Origin: Candidatus Doudnabacteria bacterium
GTDB taxonomy: Bacteria; Patescibacteriota; Doudnabacteria; UBA920; O2-02-FULL-48-8
Assembly (NCBI GenBank): GCA_025450105.1
Contig: JANWIA010000022.1
Coordinates: forward strand, 5,630-69,629
Reading direction: 5' to 3'
DNA: 64,000 nt
Part shown: positions 28,791-37,749 of the stretch, piece after piece
Numbering within the stretch: the stretch's first letter is position 1
Layout: each line of letters opens with the position of its first letter
Notes under the pieces: model-generated
Told to the model about the DNA's origin: nothing
Databases searched by the model: none
The model's input: only the letters and a program-made list of their open reading frames with translations
Translations under genes and position numbers: made by a program

Positions 28791-29130
28791 ACGATTTGAT
28801 TAATTGGTTAATAGATTTATTTAAATTTTCCCAGTTGTCCGTAAGATTCTTTAACGTTTCCTTGCCCTTATCTGTTAGCGAATAATATTTGCGCGGCGGC
28901 CCAGAATCTGATTCGTTCCATTTATAACTTAACAGCCCAGTAGTTTTAAGTCTGCTAAGCAGCGGGTATAAAGTTCCTTCGACCACAATTAAATCAGCTT
29001 CTTTAAGCTGATTTAAAATATCGGTGGCATAAACCTCACCGCGGCCAATAATGAGCAAAATGCAGAACTCCAAAGTTCCTTTGCGCATCTGGGCCTTATT
29101 GTTTTCTAGGTCTGTTTCTGGGGTTTTCAT
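28774..29130 (-). CDS. PadR family transcriptional regulator
   Basis: Winged-helix block ILNQLKE...EGTLYPLLSRLKTTGLL; overlaps start of the downstream PspC gene. Confidence 0.8.
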   Translation of the reverse strand: MKTPETDLENNKAQMRKGTLEFCILLIIGRGEVYATDILNQLKEADLIVVEGTLYPLLSRLKTTGLLSYKWNESDSGPPRKYYSLTDKGKETLKNLTDNWENLNKSINQLIKSYEKNN

Positions 29131-29188
29131 ATATAAACCCAGTATAAACTATAAGTACCTTGCAATGCAAGGTACTATGTGTGGATAA

Positions 29189-29755
29189 TTACTGTTCCAT
29201 CATTTTAATAAACAAACCACGATTGTCTCGAAGTTGTTGCAGTAATGCTCCGTTAATCAAAACAATATCTTTTTTCTTGGACGCCCAGTCCACTGCCCTA
29301 CTACTAAACCTACTTGTTGTAAAAATAAAAACCTTATCATATCCACCGTACGACTTTACTCCATACATATCCCGGACAACAGTTTCATCTACGTTTCGCC
29401 ACTTGCCGTATTTTTTACACTGAACACAAAATCTTTTTCCTTTATATTTAACTTCTACATCAATACCATGATCAAACCCAGTTTTAGCCTCACGTTTAGA
29501 TAAAACTGCTTCAGCGCCAGCATTTATAAAAAGACCTTGCACCCAAACTTCGAATGCTTCCGGAGTTAAGCCTTTAATTAAATTATGGACTCTTCCGTGC
29601 TTTAACATTAAAGTTCTTGCGCGCTTCTTTCTGTATTCATATCGAAGCAATAATAAAAGGATGATAAACAAAATTATCATTCCTAGTGCTATAGCAAGAT
29701 TAAGTGAACTGATTCCTGAACTATTTTGTAATGACGGATTTAAATATGTAGTCAT
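29189..29755 (-). CDS. Membrane-anchored Mrr-like restriction endonuclease catalytic-domain (PD-(D/E)xK) protein
   Basis: One N-terminal TM, then FEVWVQGLF...GFDHGIDVEVKYKGKRFCVQCKKY resembling the Mrr_cat core. Confidence 0.55.
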   Translation of the reverse strand: MTTYLNPSLQNSSGISSLNLAIALGMIILFIILLLLLRYEYRKKRARTLMLKHGRVHNLIKGLTPEAFEVWVQGLFINAGAEAVLSKREAKTGFDHGIDVEVKYKGKRFCVQCKKYGKWRNVDETVVRDMYGVKSYGGYDKVFIFTTSRFSSRAVDWASKKKDIVLINGALLQQLRDNRGLFIKMMEQ

Positions 29756-29800
29756 AAAAAAGGTGAAGGCACTCCTGCAGCGCAGAAGTGCCTTATGGGA

Positions 29801-30025
29801 TTAGGCAAGGCCTAGGTCGAAAGAAGCGAGAACTCGCCTCAACCAGTCAATGGTCTTATCATCAACTTGAGGGATTCTTTTCAGATCCCTGACCAACACA
29901 CCTGCCACATCCCGAACATAGACGTAGCCTCGCTGCCTCAGCACACCCAATCGAGGGCGGCCCTCCGGAAATTTCATCCGAAGCATTACGAGTGATAGAT
30001 CGCGTGGATCTCTCAGCTTCTTCAT
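29801..30025 (-). CDS. Hypothetical Arg-rich 74-aa protein (high-GC patch, AAGGAG SD)
   Basis: ORF plus SD. Confidence 0.3.
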   Translation of the reverse strand: MKKLRDPRDLSLVMLRMKFPEGRPRLGVLRQRGYVYVRDVAGVLVRDLKRIPQVDDKTIDWLRRVLASFDLGLA

Positions 30026-30112
30026 TTTGACTCCTTTGTTGAAAGGTAGTGAAATCCACGAGGGATTTCACAAGGTATCAAAATGAGAATTCAGCCAAAA
30101 CGGCCAACGTCT

Positions 30113-32440
30113 CTATGTGTCCCCCTGCGGATTTCTGTCTATAAGATAGTAATAAGCTTCCGCTTTGTCAAACAAAAAGAGCGCTATAGCGCTCTTTTTT
30201 AAATATTCGTGTCTTCCTGCGAAACGGGGGCCGCCGCGACGTGGGCCACGGTCGTTGCTACCTCGATCATCTCGTCGTGGTCCGCGGTCGTGTGGTCGGT
30301 CGTCGATTGTGCCGCCTTCTGGGCGAGGCAACATGACTTTGTGACTAAGATTGATTCGGCCCATGTGGTCGATCTCAACAACTTTAACTTCCAATTCATC
30401 GCCGATTTTTACAACATCTTCTACTTTGCCAACGCGCTGCCAGGCCAATTCAGAAATATGACACAAGCCGTCATGGCCCGGGGTCAACTCAACGAAAGCA
30501 CCAAAGTCCATGATGCGGTTAACTTTTCCCTTAAAGACTTCACCAATTTTAATTTCGCGAGTAAGATTATGAATCCAATCAATCGCCTTCTTTGAACCTT
30601 CGGCATCGTTGGACGTAACCATAACCAAACCGGAATCTTCAATGTCAATCTGCACGCCGGTTTCGGCAATAATTTTATTAATGACCTTACCGCCGGTTCC
30701 AATAACGTCGCGGATTTTTTCTGGGTTAATCTGCAAAGTGGTAATGCGCGGAGCATACTTGGACATTTCGGCGCGAGGTTGGGCAATAGCTTTTTGCATG
30801 ACAGAAAGAATGTGCAAGCGGCCGGCTCGGGCTTGAGTCAGCGCGTCAGCCAAAATTTCTACGGTCAGGCCTTTGGTCTTGTTATCCATTTGCATGGCAG
30901 TAATGCCTTTTTCGGATCCGGTAACTTTAAAGTCCATGTCGCCGTTACCATCTTCAATACCTTGAATGTCAGTGAGAACTTTATACTTGCCGCTGGCCGG
31001 ATCAAAAACCAATCCCATGGCCACACCACCAATCATGTCGGTGATTGGAACCCCGGCATCCATTAATGCCAAAGATGAGCCGCAAGTCGAAGCCATAGAT
31101 GTGGAACCGTTTGAACCCAAAGCTTCGGAAACCAATCGCAAAGTGTAAGGGAATTTTTCCTTTTCTGGAATAACCGGTTCGATTGCTCGTTCTGCCAAAG
31201 CGCCGTGTCCGATTTCGCGTCGGCCCGGGCCGCGGATAGGAGCAACTTCACCAACTGAATATCCTGGGAAATTGTAGTGATGAATGTAACGCTTGGTTGT
31301 GCCGTCGACACCAAAGTCTTCCATGCCATCCAAAATTTGAGCGTCGCCAGAAGAACCTAGGGTAACAACAGTAAGAATTTGGGTTTCGCCGCGATTGAAC
31401 AAAGCAGAACCATGCACGCGAGGGAGCACGCCAACTTTACATGAAACTTCGCGAGTCACGTTAAGTGGTCGTTCGTCTATGCGTCGTTCTTTTTCTAAGA
31501 TGTTCTTGCGAATAACTTTCTTTAAAACTTTTTCAAAGGCAAGTTTAGTGTGAGACTTAATGTTGAGCTCTGTATTGTCTTTAAACTTTTCTGCCACAGC
31601 AACTGCAACATCTTCGGCAATTTTAGCAATGCGTCGTTCGCGTTCAGCTTTATCGAATGTTCCGTACATTTCGGCGTCGAGTCGTGGTTCGGCAATTGCC
31701 TTAACTTCCGCCAAAACTTTTTCATCTGGCAAAACGAGTTTTACTTCCAATTTTGGAACACCAAGTTGTTTAACCAACTTGTTTTGAAGTTCAATTAATT
31801 CGCCCAATGGTTTTTGAGCAAACTTAATGGCTGCGGCCATGTCGGCTTCGGTAATTTGTTTAGCGCCAGCTTCCACCATCATAATATGTTCGCCGGTTCC
31901 AGAAACAACTAAATCTAAGTCGCCATTCTTACGATCTTCGTAAGATGGATTGATTTGAAATTCACCATTTAAGCGGCCAACACGAACAGCGGCAACTGGA
32001 CCTTCAAATGGAATGTTAGACATGCCAAGTGCGGCAGATGCGGCATTGATTGCCATAACATCTGGATCATTTACTTCATCAAGAGAAAGTGTAGTGGCAA
32101 CAATTTGAACATCATTGCGCATGCCGTCTTGGAATAGTGGGCGCAAAGATCGGTCTAAAAGACGGCCAGACAAAACTGCTTCGTCTGTAGCACGGCCTTC
32201 ACGCTTAATAAAGCGAGAGCCTTTGATTTTTCCCGCGGCATAAAGTCTTTCCTCATAATCAACAAGTAATGGAAAGTATTCCATTCCGTCGCGAATATTT
32301 TTGCCCATTGTTGCGGTAACCAAAACCACCGTGTCGCCAAGTTGCGCGACAACGGAACCGTTGGCCTGTTGGGCCAACTCACCGGCTTCGAGCGAGAATT
32401 TCTTCCCGGCTAGATCCAGCTCTACCTTTGTATTCTTCAT
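30113..32440 (-). CDS. pnp: Polynucleotide phosphorylase (PNPase); start at MKNTKVELD; Arg/Gly-rich C-terminal tail; stop as predicted lies beyond the terminator hairpin
   Basis: Two RNase PH domains, KH and S1 domains recognisable. Confidence 0.9.
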   Translation of the reverse strand: MKNTKVELDLAGKKFSLEAGELAQQANGSVVAQLGDTVVLVTATMGKNIRDGMEYFPLLVDYEERLYAAGKIKGSRFIKREGRATDEAVLSGRLLDRSLRPLFQDGMRNDVQIVATTLSLDEVNDPDVMAINAASAALGMSNIPFEGPVAAVRVGRLNGEFQINPSYEDRKNGDLDLVVSGTGEHIMMVEAGAKQITEADMAAAIKFAQKPLGELIELQNKLVKQLGVPKLEVKLVLPDEKVLAEVKAIAEPRLDAEMYGTFDKAERERRIAKIAEDVAVAVAEKFKDNTELNIKSHTKLAFEKVLKKVIRKNILEKERRIDERPLNVTREVSCKVGVLPRVHGSALFNRGETQILTVVTLGSSGDAQILDGMEDFGVDGTTKRYIHHYNFPGYSVGEVAPIRGPGRREIGHGALAERAIEPVIPEKEKFPYTLRLVSEALGSNGSTSMASTCGSSLALMDAGVPITDMIGGVAMGLVFDPASGKYKVLTDIQGIEDGNGDMDFKVTGSEKGITAMQMDNKTKGLTVEILADALTQARAGRLHILSVMQKAIAQPRAEMSKYAPRITTLQINPEKIRDVIGTGGKVINKIIAETGVQIDIEDSGLVMVTSNDAEGSKKAIDWIHNLTREIKIGEVFKGKVNRIMDFGAFVELTPGHDGLCHISELAWQRVGKVEDVVKIGDELEVKVVEIDHMGRINLSHKVMLPRPEGGTIDDRPHDRGPRRDDRGSNDRGPRRGGPRFAGRHEYLKKSAIALFLFDKAEAYYYLIDRNPQGDT
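30174..30207 (-). terminator. Intrinsic terminator hairpin at the 3-prime end of pnp
   Basis: Perfect palindrome agagcgctatagcgctct flanked by A/T runs. Confidence 0.6.
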
Positions 32441-32485
32441 TGAGAACCTTTTGTTTCCGCTGTTGTATCTAGTAACACAAGTCAT

Positions 32486-32677
32486 ACAAGATCGCCTTCT
32501 TTGTCATTGCGAGGAGCCGAAGGCGACGTGGCAATCTTTTTCATAGAAATGATTGCTTCGCTTCGCTCGCAATGACAGGAGATGAGCTTGTATCACCTGT
32601 GCGTTCTATCTACTTGGCGGAATTAATTATTTTTATACTTAAGGCCATAAAGCAAACGCGTTATGGCCTTAGATAAT
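32486..32677 (-). promoter_or_regulatory. Structured rpsO-pnp intergenic leader with a long imperfect hairpin (candidate RNase III / PNPase autoregulation site)
   Basis: 12-bp inverted repeat tgtcattgcgag (32502-32513) / ctcgcaatgaca (32566-32577) plus inner complementary segments. Confidence 0.4.
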
Positions 32678-32944
32678 TTATACGTTCAATTTAAGCTTGG
32701 CAACCAATTTATCCCAGCGCTTTTCGTCTTCGGCTTTAAGATAACGGAGCAAGCGTCGGCGATTACCAACCATTTTGAGCAATCCTCGGCGGGAATGGTT
32801 GTCTTTCTTATGTTCTTGCAAATGCTCAGAAACCTTTTCGATTTCTGTGGTCAAAATTGCAATCTGGACTTCTGGCGAACCAGTGTCGTCCTTGTGCACT
32901 TGAAACTTCTTAATAATCGCTTCTTTTTCCTTTGGAGTTAACAT
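32678..32944 (-). CDS. rpsO: 30S ribosomal protein S15
   Basis: Full-length S15 similarity ([28 protein letters not shown]). Confidence 0.95.
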   Translation of the reverse strand: MLTPKEKEAIIKKFQVHKDDTGSPEVQIAILTTEIEKVSEHLQEHKKDNHSRRGLLKMVGNRRRLLRYLKAEDEKRWDKLVAKLKLNV

Positions 32945-33122
32945 GTGTTTCCTTTGTCACGCAGCGGCCAGGACAAGCCACTCGTCGAATTAATTAAAGT
33001 TACTTTACCACATTTTTCCCTTTTTCGCAAATGTCGCACAACCAATACTTTTTTGCATTGTACGACAATGCTATAATTAATATATGAACTGGATCCTGAC
33101 CTCCGTCAGGATGACAATACTT

Positions 33123-34082
33123 ATGCCTGAAACTAAAATCACCAAATTAGACCGCTATTACATTCAATTCCTGGAATATATGGAAATTGAACGTAACCGA
33201 TCCAAGCTTACCTTGCGAAATTACGACCACTATCTTAAACGATTTGTGGAGTTTTGTAAGTCTCAGGGCGTCACTGACCCCGAAGACGTTGATTTGGAAT
33301 TAGTCCGTTCATTCCGCTTATACTTAAACCGCTTAACCGAAAAGAATAAATCGCTCAAGATAATTACCCAGAATTATCACTTAATCGCCATTCGAAGCTT
33401 TTTAAAGTATTTAGCCCGCCGCGACATTAAATCTTTAGCTGCGGAAAAGATAGAATTGCCAAAAACACCCTCGCGATCTGTGAGTTTTTTGGAAGTCGAC
33501 GAAGTCGAACGGTTACTCGACGCCACGAACCAGGAAAAGGATAAATTGACCAGATTGCGCGACCGCGCAATTCTTGAACTGTTATTTTCCACTGGCCTGC
33601 GTATTTCAGAACTCGTTAGTCTCAAGAAGGACCAAGTAAACATTAAGCGCGGCGAATTTTCTGTCCGCGGTAAAGGCGACAAAATGCGCTTGGTATTTTT
33701 ATCTGACCGCGCCAAGAATGCACTTGAAGCTTATGCCAAAGCTCGCACTGACAATTCCAAAGCAATTTTCATCCGTCACGATTCTAAGGAATCCGTAGAA
33801 CAACAAATGAAATCTTTGGACAAACCAATGCCTGGATTAACCCCACGCACGGTTCAGCGATTGATAATAAAATATCAACTGCTTGCCGGAATTACAAAAA
33901 GTATCAGTCCACATACTTTACGCCATTCATTTGCTACGGACATGCTGGCCAATGGTGCAGACTTGCGATCAGTCCAAGAATTGCTAGGTCATGCCTCAAT
34001 TTCGACTACACAAATTTATACTCACTTAACCAACAAACGTTTACGGGATATTTACGACAAATTCCACAATCAAAAGCATTAG
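33123..34082 (+). CDS. Tyrosine site-specific recombinase XerC/XerD family
   Basis: C-terminal catalytic box HTLRHSFATDMLANGADLRSVQELLGHASISTTQIYTHL (R..HxxR..Y). Confidence 0.8.
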   Translation: MPETKITKLDRYYIQFLEYMEIERNRSKLTLRNYDHYLKRFVEFCKSQGVTDPEDVDLELVRSFRLYLNRLTEKNKSLKIITQNYHLIAIRSFLKYLARRDIKSLAAEKIELPKTPSRSVSFLEVDEVERLLDATNQEKDKLTRLRDRAILELLFSTGLRISELVSLKKDQVNIKRGEFSVRGKGDKMRLVFLSDRAKNALEAYAKARTDNSKAIFIRHDSKESVEQQMKSLDKPMPGLTPRTVQRLIIKYQLLAGITKSISPHTLRHSFATDMLANGADLRSVQELLGHASISTTQIYTHLTNKRLRDIYDKFHNQKH

Positions 34083-34087
34083 TTCAG

Positions 34088-34234
34088 ATCCTGACATTCG
34101 TCAGGATGGGTAAAAACATAACCCCATCCTGAATTTATTTCAGGATCTCAATCAGATCCCAAAACAAGACCCGTCTGACGGGTCAAGTTCGAGACGAAAA
34201 AAAACAACATGCAATCGCGGACTTGATCCGCGAT
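34088..34234. repeat. Cluster of four palindromic repeat units downstream of the xer gene
   Basis: atcctgac-attc-gtcaggat, atcctgaa-tttat-ttcaggat, degenerate unit with inserted gacccgtctgacgggtc, atcgcgga-cttga-tccgcgat. Confidence 0.7.
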
Positions 34235-34244
34235 CTAAATAAAA

Positions 34245-34292
34245 ATCCCCGTTCTTGACCCGTGTGACGGGTTTCGCGGGGATTGCTTTTTT
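34245..34292. terminator. Bidirectional terminator built from nested palindromic repeat units between convergent genes
   Basis: atccccg...cggggat stem enclosing gacccgtgtgacgggt, with T-runs on both strands. Confidence 0.5.
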
Positions 34293-34300
34293 ATTCCTGT

Positions 34301-36064
34301 TTATACTCTCACGACTTCGCGTTCTTTGCTAGCGATTTGCTGGCGCCACAGCGCGTAGTACAAGCCTTGTTCTTTGAGTAACTGGTCGTGGTTACCCGAC
34401 TCAACGACTTTCCCCTTTTCCAAAACAAAAATTTTGTCTGCATGAGAAATGGTCGATAACCGATGCGCCACCAAAATCGTAATCAATTCCGGATGCGCTT
34501 TTTCAATGTCTTTAATTGTCGTGGTGATTGATTCTTCTGTAATTGAATCTAAACTAGAGGTAGCTTCGTCGAAAATAATAATTTCCGGATTACGCAACAA
34601 TGCACGGGCAATAGCTAAGCGCTGTTTTTCGCCGCCAGAAATCTTAAGTCCACCTTCGCCGATTTTAGTATCCAAGCCCTTGTCGCCGCGTTGCAGTAAA
34701 CTATTAGCTGCCGAAGCATTCAAAGCTTGGACACATTCTTCATCAGTGGCCTTTGGGCTAGCGAACAATAAATTCTCTCGGATTGTTCCAGCAAACAATT
34801 GGGTGTCCTGGGCTACTAACCCTAATTTCTTGCGGATCTGTTCAAAGTCTAACCGGGACGTGTCTGTGTCATTGAATTTAATTTGGCCTTTGGTTGGCTT
34901 ATATAAACCAACGATCAACTTTACCATTGTGGTTTTGCCACTACCAGATGGGCCAACAAATGCCACGGTGTCACCGGATTTAATTTCGGTTGTGACATTT
35001 TCCACGGCTGGTGATTGAGTTGGATCATAACCAAACGAAACATCCTCAAATTTAATGGAATTGATTTTGGTTAAGGCAACCGGCTGTTCTGGTTTTGGTT
35101 CTGGCTTAACTTTAAGAATTTCATCCAAGCGTTCCAAACTGGCCGATGCTTCCTGGTATTGTTGAATGACATCGCCAAACTGCCCCAATGGCATGAAGAT
35201 TGTGAAGGAATAGAAAAGTAATGTGAAAAATTCCCCCAAAGACACAGCGCCGGTATAAACCAACCACATCAGTAATAAAGACAATAATGATCGCAGAGCG
35301 TTAACAGTCGTGCCCTGGATAAAACTAAATGTTCGGATAATTTTAATTTTTTCCAATTCCAATTTGAGGATTTGGTCGTTGGTGTCGTTTAGGCGTTTGA
35401 TTTCCTGATTTTCCAAACCTAAACTTTTTACCAATTCCACGTTGCGGATAGTTTCGGTTGTGGCTCCAGCCAAACTCGCCGTCTCGCGGATAATGCGCAT
35501 TTGCGCAGCCTTGATCCGGCTGCTAATTAAATATGTTGCAGTGCCCAAAATCGGGATAATAAGGAAGTAGCCCAAGCCAATCATCCAATGAACGTAAAAG
35601 GCATATCCCAAAACCACCAAAATTCCAACCATAGAGAAGAACAGAATGTTGACACTGCTGGTGATTAACATTTGGGCATCGGTCCGAGCCTTTTGAAGCT
35701 TCTGCAGATATTCACCGGAACGCTGGTCTTCAAAAACGGCGTATGGCAAAGAAAACGAATGCTGCACGCTGTGGGCATACATTTTGGTGCCGACGTTCTG
35801 CACAACAACATTCAAATAGTAATCCTGGAAATTTTTGGCAACGCGGGATACAAAAGCTACGCCGACACCGCCCAACAGCAATAATCCCACGCCGGAAACA
35901 AACTCTGTTTGAGAAATTTCGTTGATCCGCGACAAATATTTATCAACGGTTAATCGGAACAGCTGTGGATCCAACAATGAAAAAACCTGGTTGATAATAG
36001 CCAGGAACAGTGCGCCGAATAGAGTCTTTTTATAATTTTTTAGAAAATTCCAAAGTAATCTCAT
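34301..36064 (-). CDS. ABC transporter, fused permease/ATP-binding exporter (MsbA-like)
   Basis: 6-TM domain, Walker A GPSGSGKTT, signature LSGGEKQRLAIARAL, Walker B IIIFDEATS. Confidence 0.85.
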   Translation of the reverse strand: MRLLWNFLKNYKKTLFGALFLAIINQVFSLLDPQLFRLTVDKYLSRINEISQTEFVSGVGLLLLGGVGVAFVSRVAKNFQDYYLNVVVQNVGTKMYAHSVQHSFSLPYAVFEDQRSGEYLQKLQKARTDAQMLITSSVNILFFSMVGILVVLGYAFYVHWMIGLGYFLIIPILGTATYLISSRIKAAQMRIIRETASLAGATTETIRNVELVKSLGLENQEIKRLNDTNDQILKLELEKIKIIRTFSFIQGTTVNALRSLLSLLLMWLVYTGAVSLGEFFTLLFYSFTIFMPLGQFGDVIQQYQEASASLERLDEILKVKPEPKPEQPVALTKINSIKFEDVSFGYDPTQSPAVENVTTEIKSGDTVAFVGPSGSGKTTMVKLIVGLYKPTKGQIKFNDTDTSRLDFEQIRKKLGLVAQDTQLFAGTIRENLLFASPKATDEECVQALNASAANSLLQRGDKGLDTKIGEGGLKISGGEKQRLAIARALLRNPEIIIFDEATSSLDSITEESITTTIKDIEKAHPELITILVAHRLSTISHADKIFVLEKGKVVESGNHDQLLKEQGLYYALWRQQIASKEREVVRV

Positions 36065-36116
36065 GGCGTTTATTATTCCATATTATCTTGAATATGGCAA
36101 TGTTCTGATGATTAAA

Positions 36117-36166
36117 GATCCCGAAACTAGTTCGGGATGGGTAACCATCCTGATCGATAAGTCAGA
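36117..36166. repeat. Palindromic repeat units (atcccgaa-actag-ttcgggat; degenerate atcctgat..gtcagaat)
   Basis: Same family. Confidence 0.6.
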
Positions 36167-36187
36167 ATGACGTTAGAGGTTGATACG

Positions 36188-36703
36188 CTATTTCTTCTTC
36201 CTTATCAAGCGGGCGACAATAAGTCCGGTGATGAGACCGATGACCAAATAAACAACTGACGGCAAAGATCCGCCACTTGGAGCATTATCGCCAATCACTG
36301 GCGCGGTAACATTCAAGGTCAAATCAGTTTGGACAATTGTTTTTTGATCCTTCTGGTAATTGACTGTCAACAAATATTCGCCGGCTCTTGGAAAAGTATA
36401 GGTCATAATTGCGGCATTCAAACCTTGTCTCGGTAAAGTTGCAATAAACACTGGTTCCGAATCATGCTCAAACTTAACCCAGACGACATCGAAATCAATT
36501 AGCTTTTTGTCGGTCGCGCCAAAAACAGAAAAATCAAAACGATTTGAATCCCCTAAACTCAAAATCGGATTAGTGTAACCAATGTCGACTAAGTAGTTGT
36601 CGACAATCTTTTCGACATAACCGCCGCTGCCATGTGCACCAACAAAAAGAGGCATGGCTAGCAAACCCAAGATTAAGATGATTTTTGATTTCCAATGCTT
36701 CAT
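36188..36703 (-). CDS. Exported hypothetical protein with signal peptide and C-terminal TM anchor
   Basis: N-terminal signal-like hydrophobic segment, C-terminal TM plus RKKK. Confidence 0.4.
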   Translation of the reverse strand: MKHWKSKIILILGLLAMPLFVGAHGSGGYVEKIVDNYLVDIGYTNPILSLGDSNRFDFSVFGATDKKLIDFDVVWVKFEHDSEPVFIATLPRQGLNAAIMTYTFPRAGEYLLTVNYQKDQKTIVQTDLTLNVTAPVIGDNAPSGGSLPSVVYLVIGLITGLIVARLIRKKK

Positions 36704-36807
36704 AAAGATAATTAATTGTACCGCATTTTATGCCGAACCACCAACTTTGCAAAAACTTGCAGTTTGTGGTGTAAATTTAACTAGCGTGTTAAAATAGAGC
36801 CAAGCAA

Positions 36808-37749
36808 ATGACTAATAAAGAAACTAAAACAAAAGTTATTACAGTTGCCATCTTCGCGGCAATTTTGGTCGCTTTTTTTGCCCTGCTAATCGGTGACAAC
36901 AACGTCGCGTTGCTCAACCCAAAAGGAATTATCGCCGCCCAACAAAAATCTCTGATAATTACTTTAATTGGCCTAATGCTGATCATTGTTATTCCCGTTC
37001 TGACGGCAACATTTTTTATTTCTTGGAAATACCGCGAAGGTAATCCTGCCTCTGAATACACTCCCAACAAAGTTAACACGCTCACCCAACAACTGACATT
37101 ATGGAGCTTCCCTGTCGTCATCATTTTTTTTATGAGCATAATCATGTGGCAAAGCACTCATAAATTGGATCCGTTCAAACCAATTGCTTCTGCCAACAAA
37201 CCAATAACAATCCAAGTCGTGGCTTTACAATGGAAATGGTTATTTATTTATCCGGAACAGCAAATTGCCACAATAAACTTTGTCCAATTCCCCGAGCAGA
37301 CCCCAATTAACTTTGAACTGACCGCCGACGCGCCAATGAATTCGTTTTGGATTCCGCAATTGGGCGGGCAAATGTATTCCATGCCTGGCATGAAAACGCA
37401 TTTGAATTTGATGGCAACTGAACAAGGGGAATTTGCAGGATCTGCCGCGGAAATTAGCGGCAGCGGATTTGCCGGCATGAAATTTGTTGCCAAATCCAGT
37501 TCGCAACAAGATTTTGATCAATGGATAAAATTTGTAAAAAATTTCAATTCTGCGTTGGACATGGAAGCTTATGAACAAATATCCGAACCTTCGGAATACG
37601 ACCCCGTTGCCTACTATTCCGTGGCCGAAGAAAAGTTATTCGATAATGTTATGATGCAATTCATGCCGCAAGAATCTCACATGCAAACACACAGTATGCT
37701 CGACACGATTCCCGTTCCCCTCCCTCCAAAACCAATTAACACACTATAA
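36808..37749 (+). CDS. cyoA: Cytochrome bo3 ubiquinol oxidase subunit II
   Basis: FWIPQLGGQMYSMPGMKTHLNL block typical of quinol-oxidase subunit II lacking CuA ligands. Confidence 0.85.
   Translation: MTNKETKTKVITVAIFAAILVAFFALLIGDNNVALLNPKGIIAAQQKSLIITLIGLMLIIVIPVLTATFFISWKYREGNPASEYTPNKVNTLTQQLTLWSFPVVIIFFMSIIMWQSTHKLDPFKPIASANKPITIQVVALQWKWLFIYPEQQIATINFVQFPEQTPINFELTADAPMNSFWIPQLGGQMYSMPGMKTHLNLMATEQGEFAGSAAEISGSGFAGMKFVAKSSSQQDFDQWIKFVKNFNSALDMEAYEQISEPSEYDPVAYYSVAEEKLFDNVMMQFMPQESHMQTHSMLDTIPVPLPPKPINTL

Noticed and set aside
30199-30399. 66-aa minus-strand ORF overlapping the pnp 3-prime end
   Set aside because: Alternative frame inside the PNPase coding sequence; no independent signals
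33084-33122. Upstream extension of the Xer recombinase ORF (MNWILTSVRMTIL...)
   Set aside because: The extension is encoded by a palindromic repeat unit (atcctgacctccgtcaggat); start moved to MPETKIT at 33123
33123-34082. Tyrosine recombinase as a prophage integrase marking an integrated phage
   Set aside because: No phage structural, replication or excisionase genes flank it; XerC/D-like catalytic box and housekeeping neighbours (rpsO-pnp, ABC exporter) fit chromosome dimer resolution better. dif-site search still recommended
36721-36807. Promoter hexamers upstream of cyoA
   Set aside because: Several TTG..-like and TAAAAT-like hexamers exist but none with convincing 16-18 bp spacing; left uncalled
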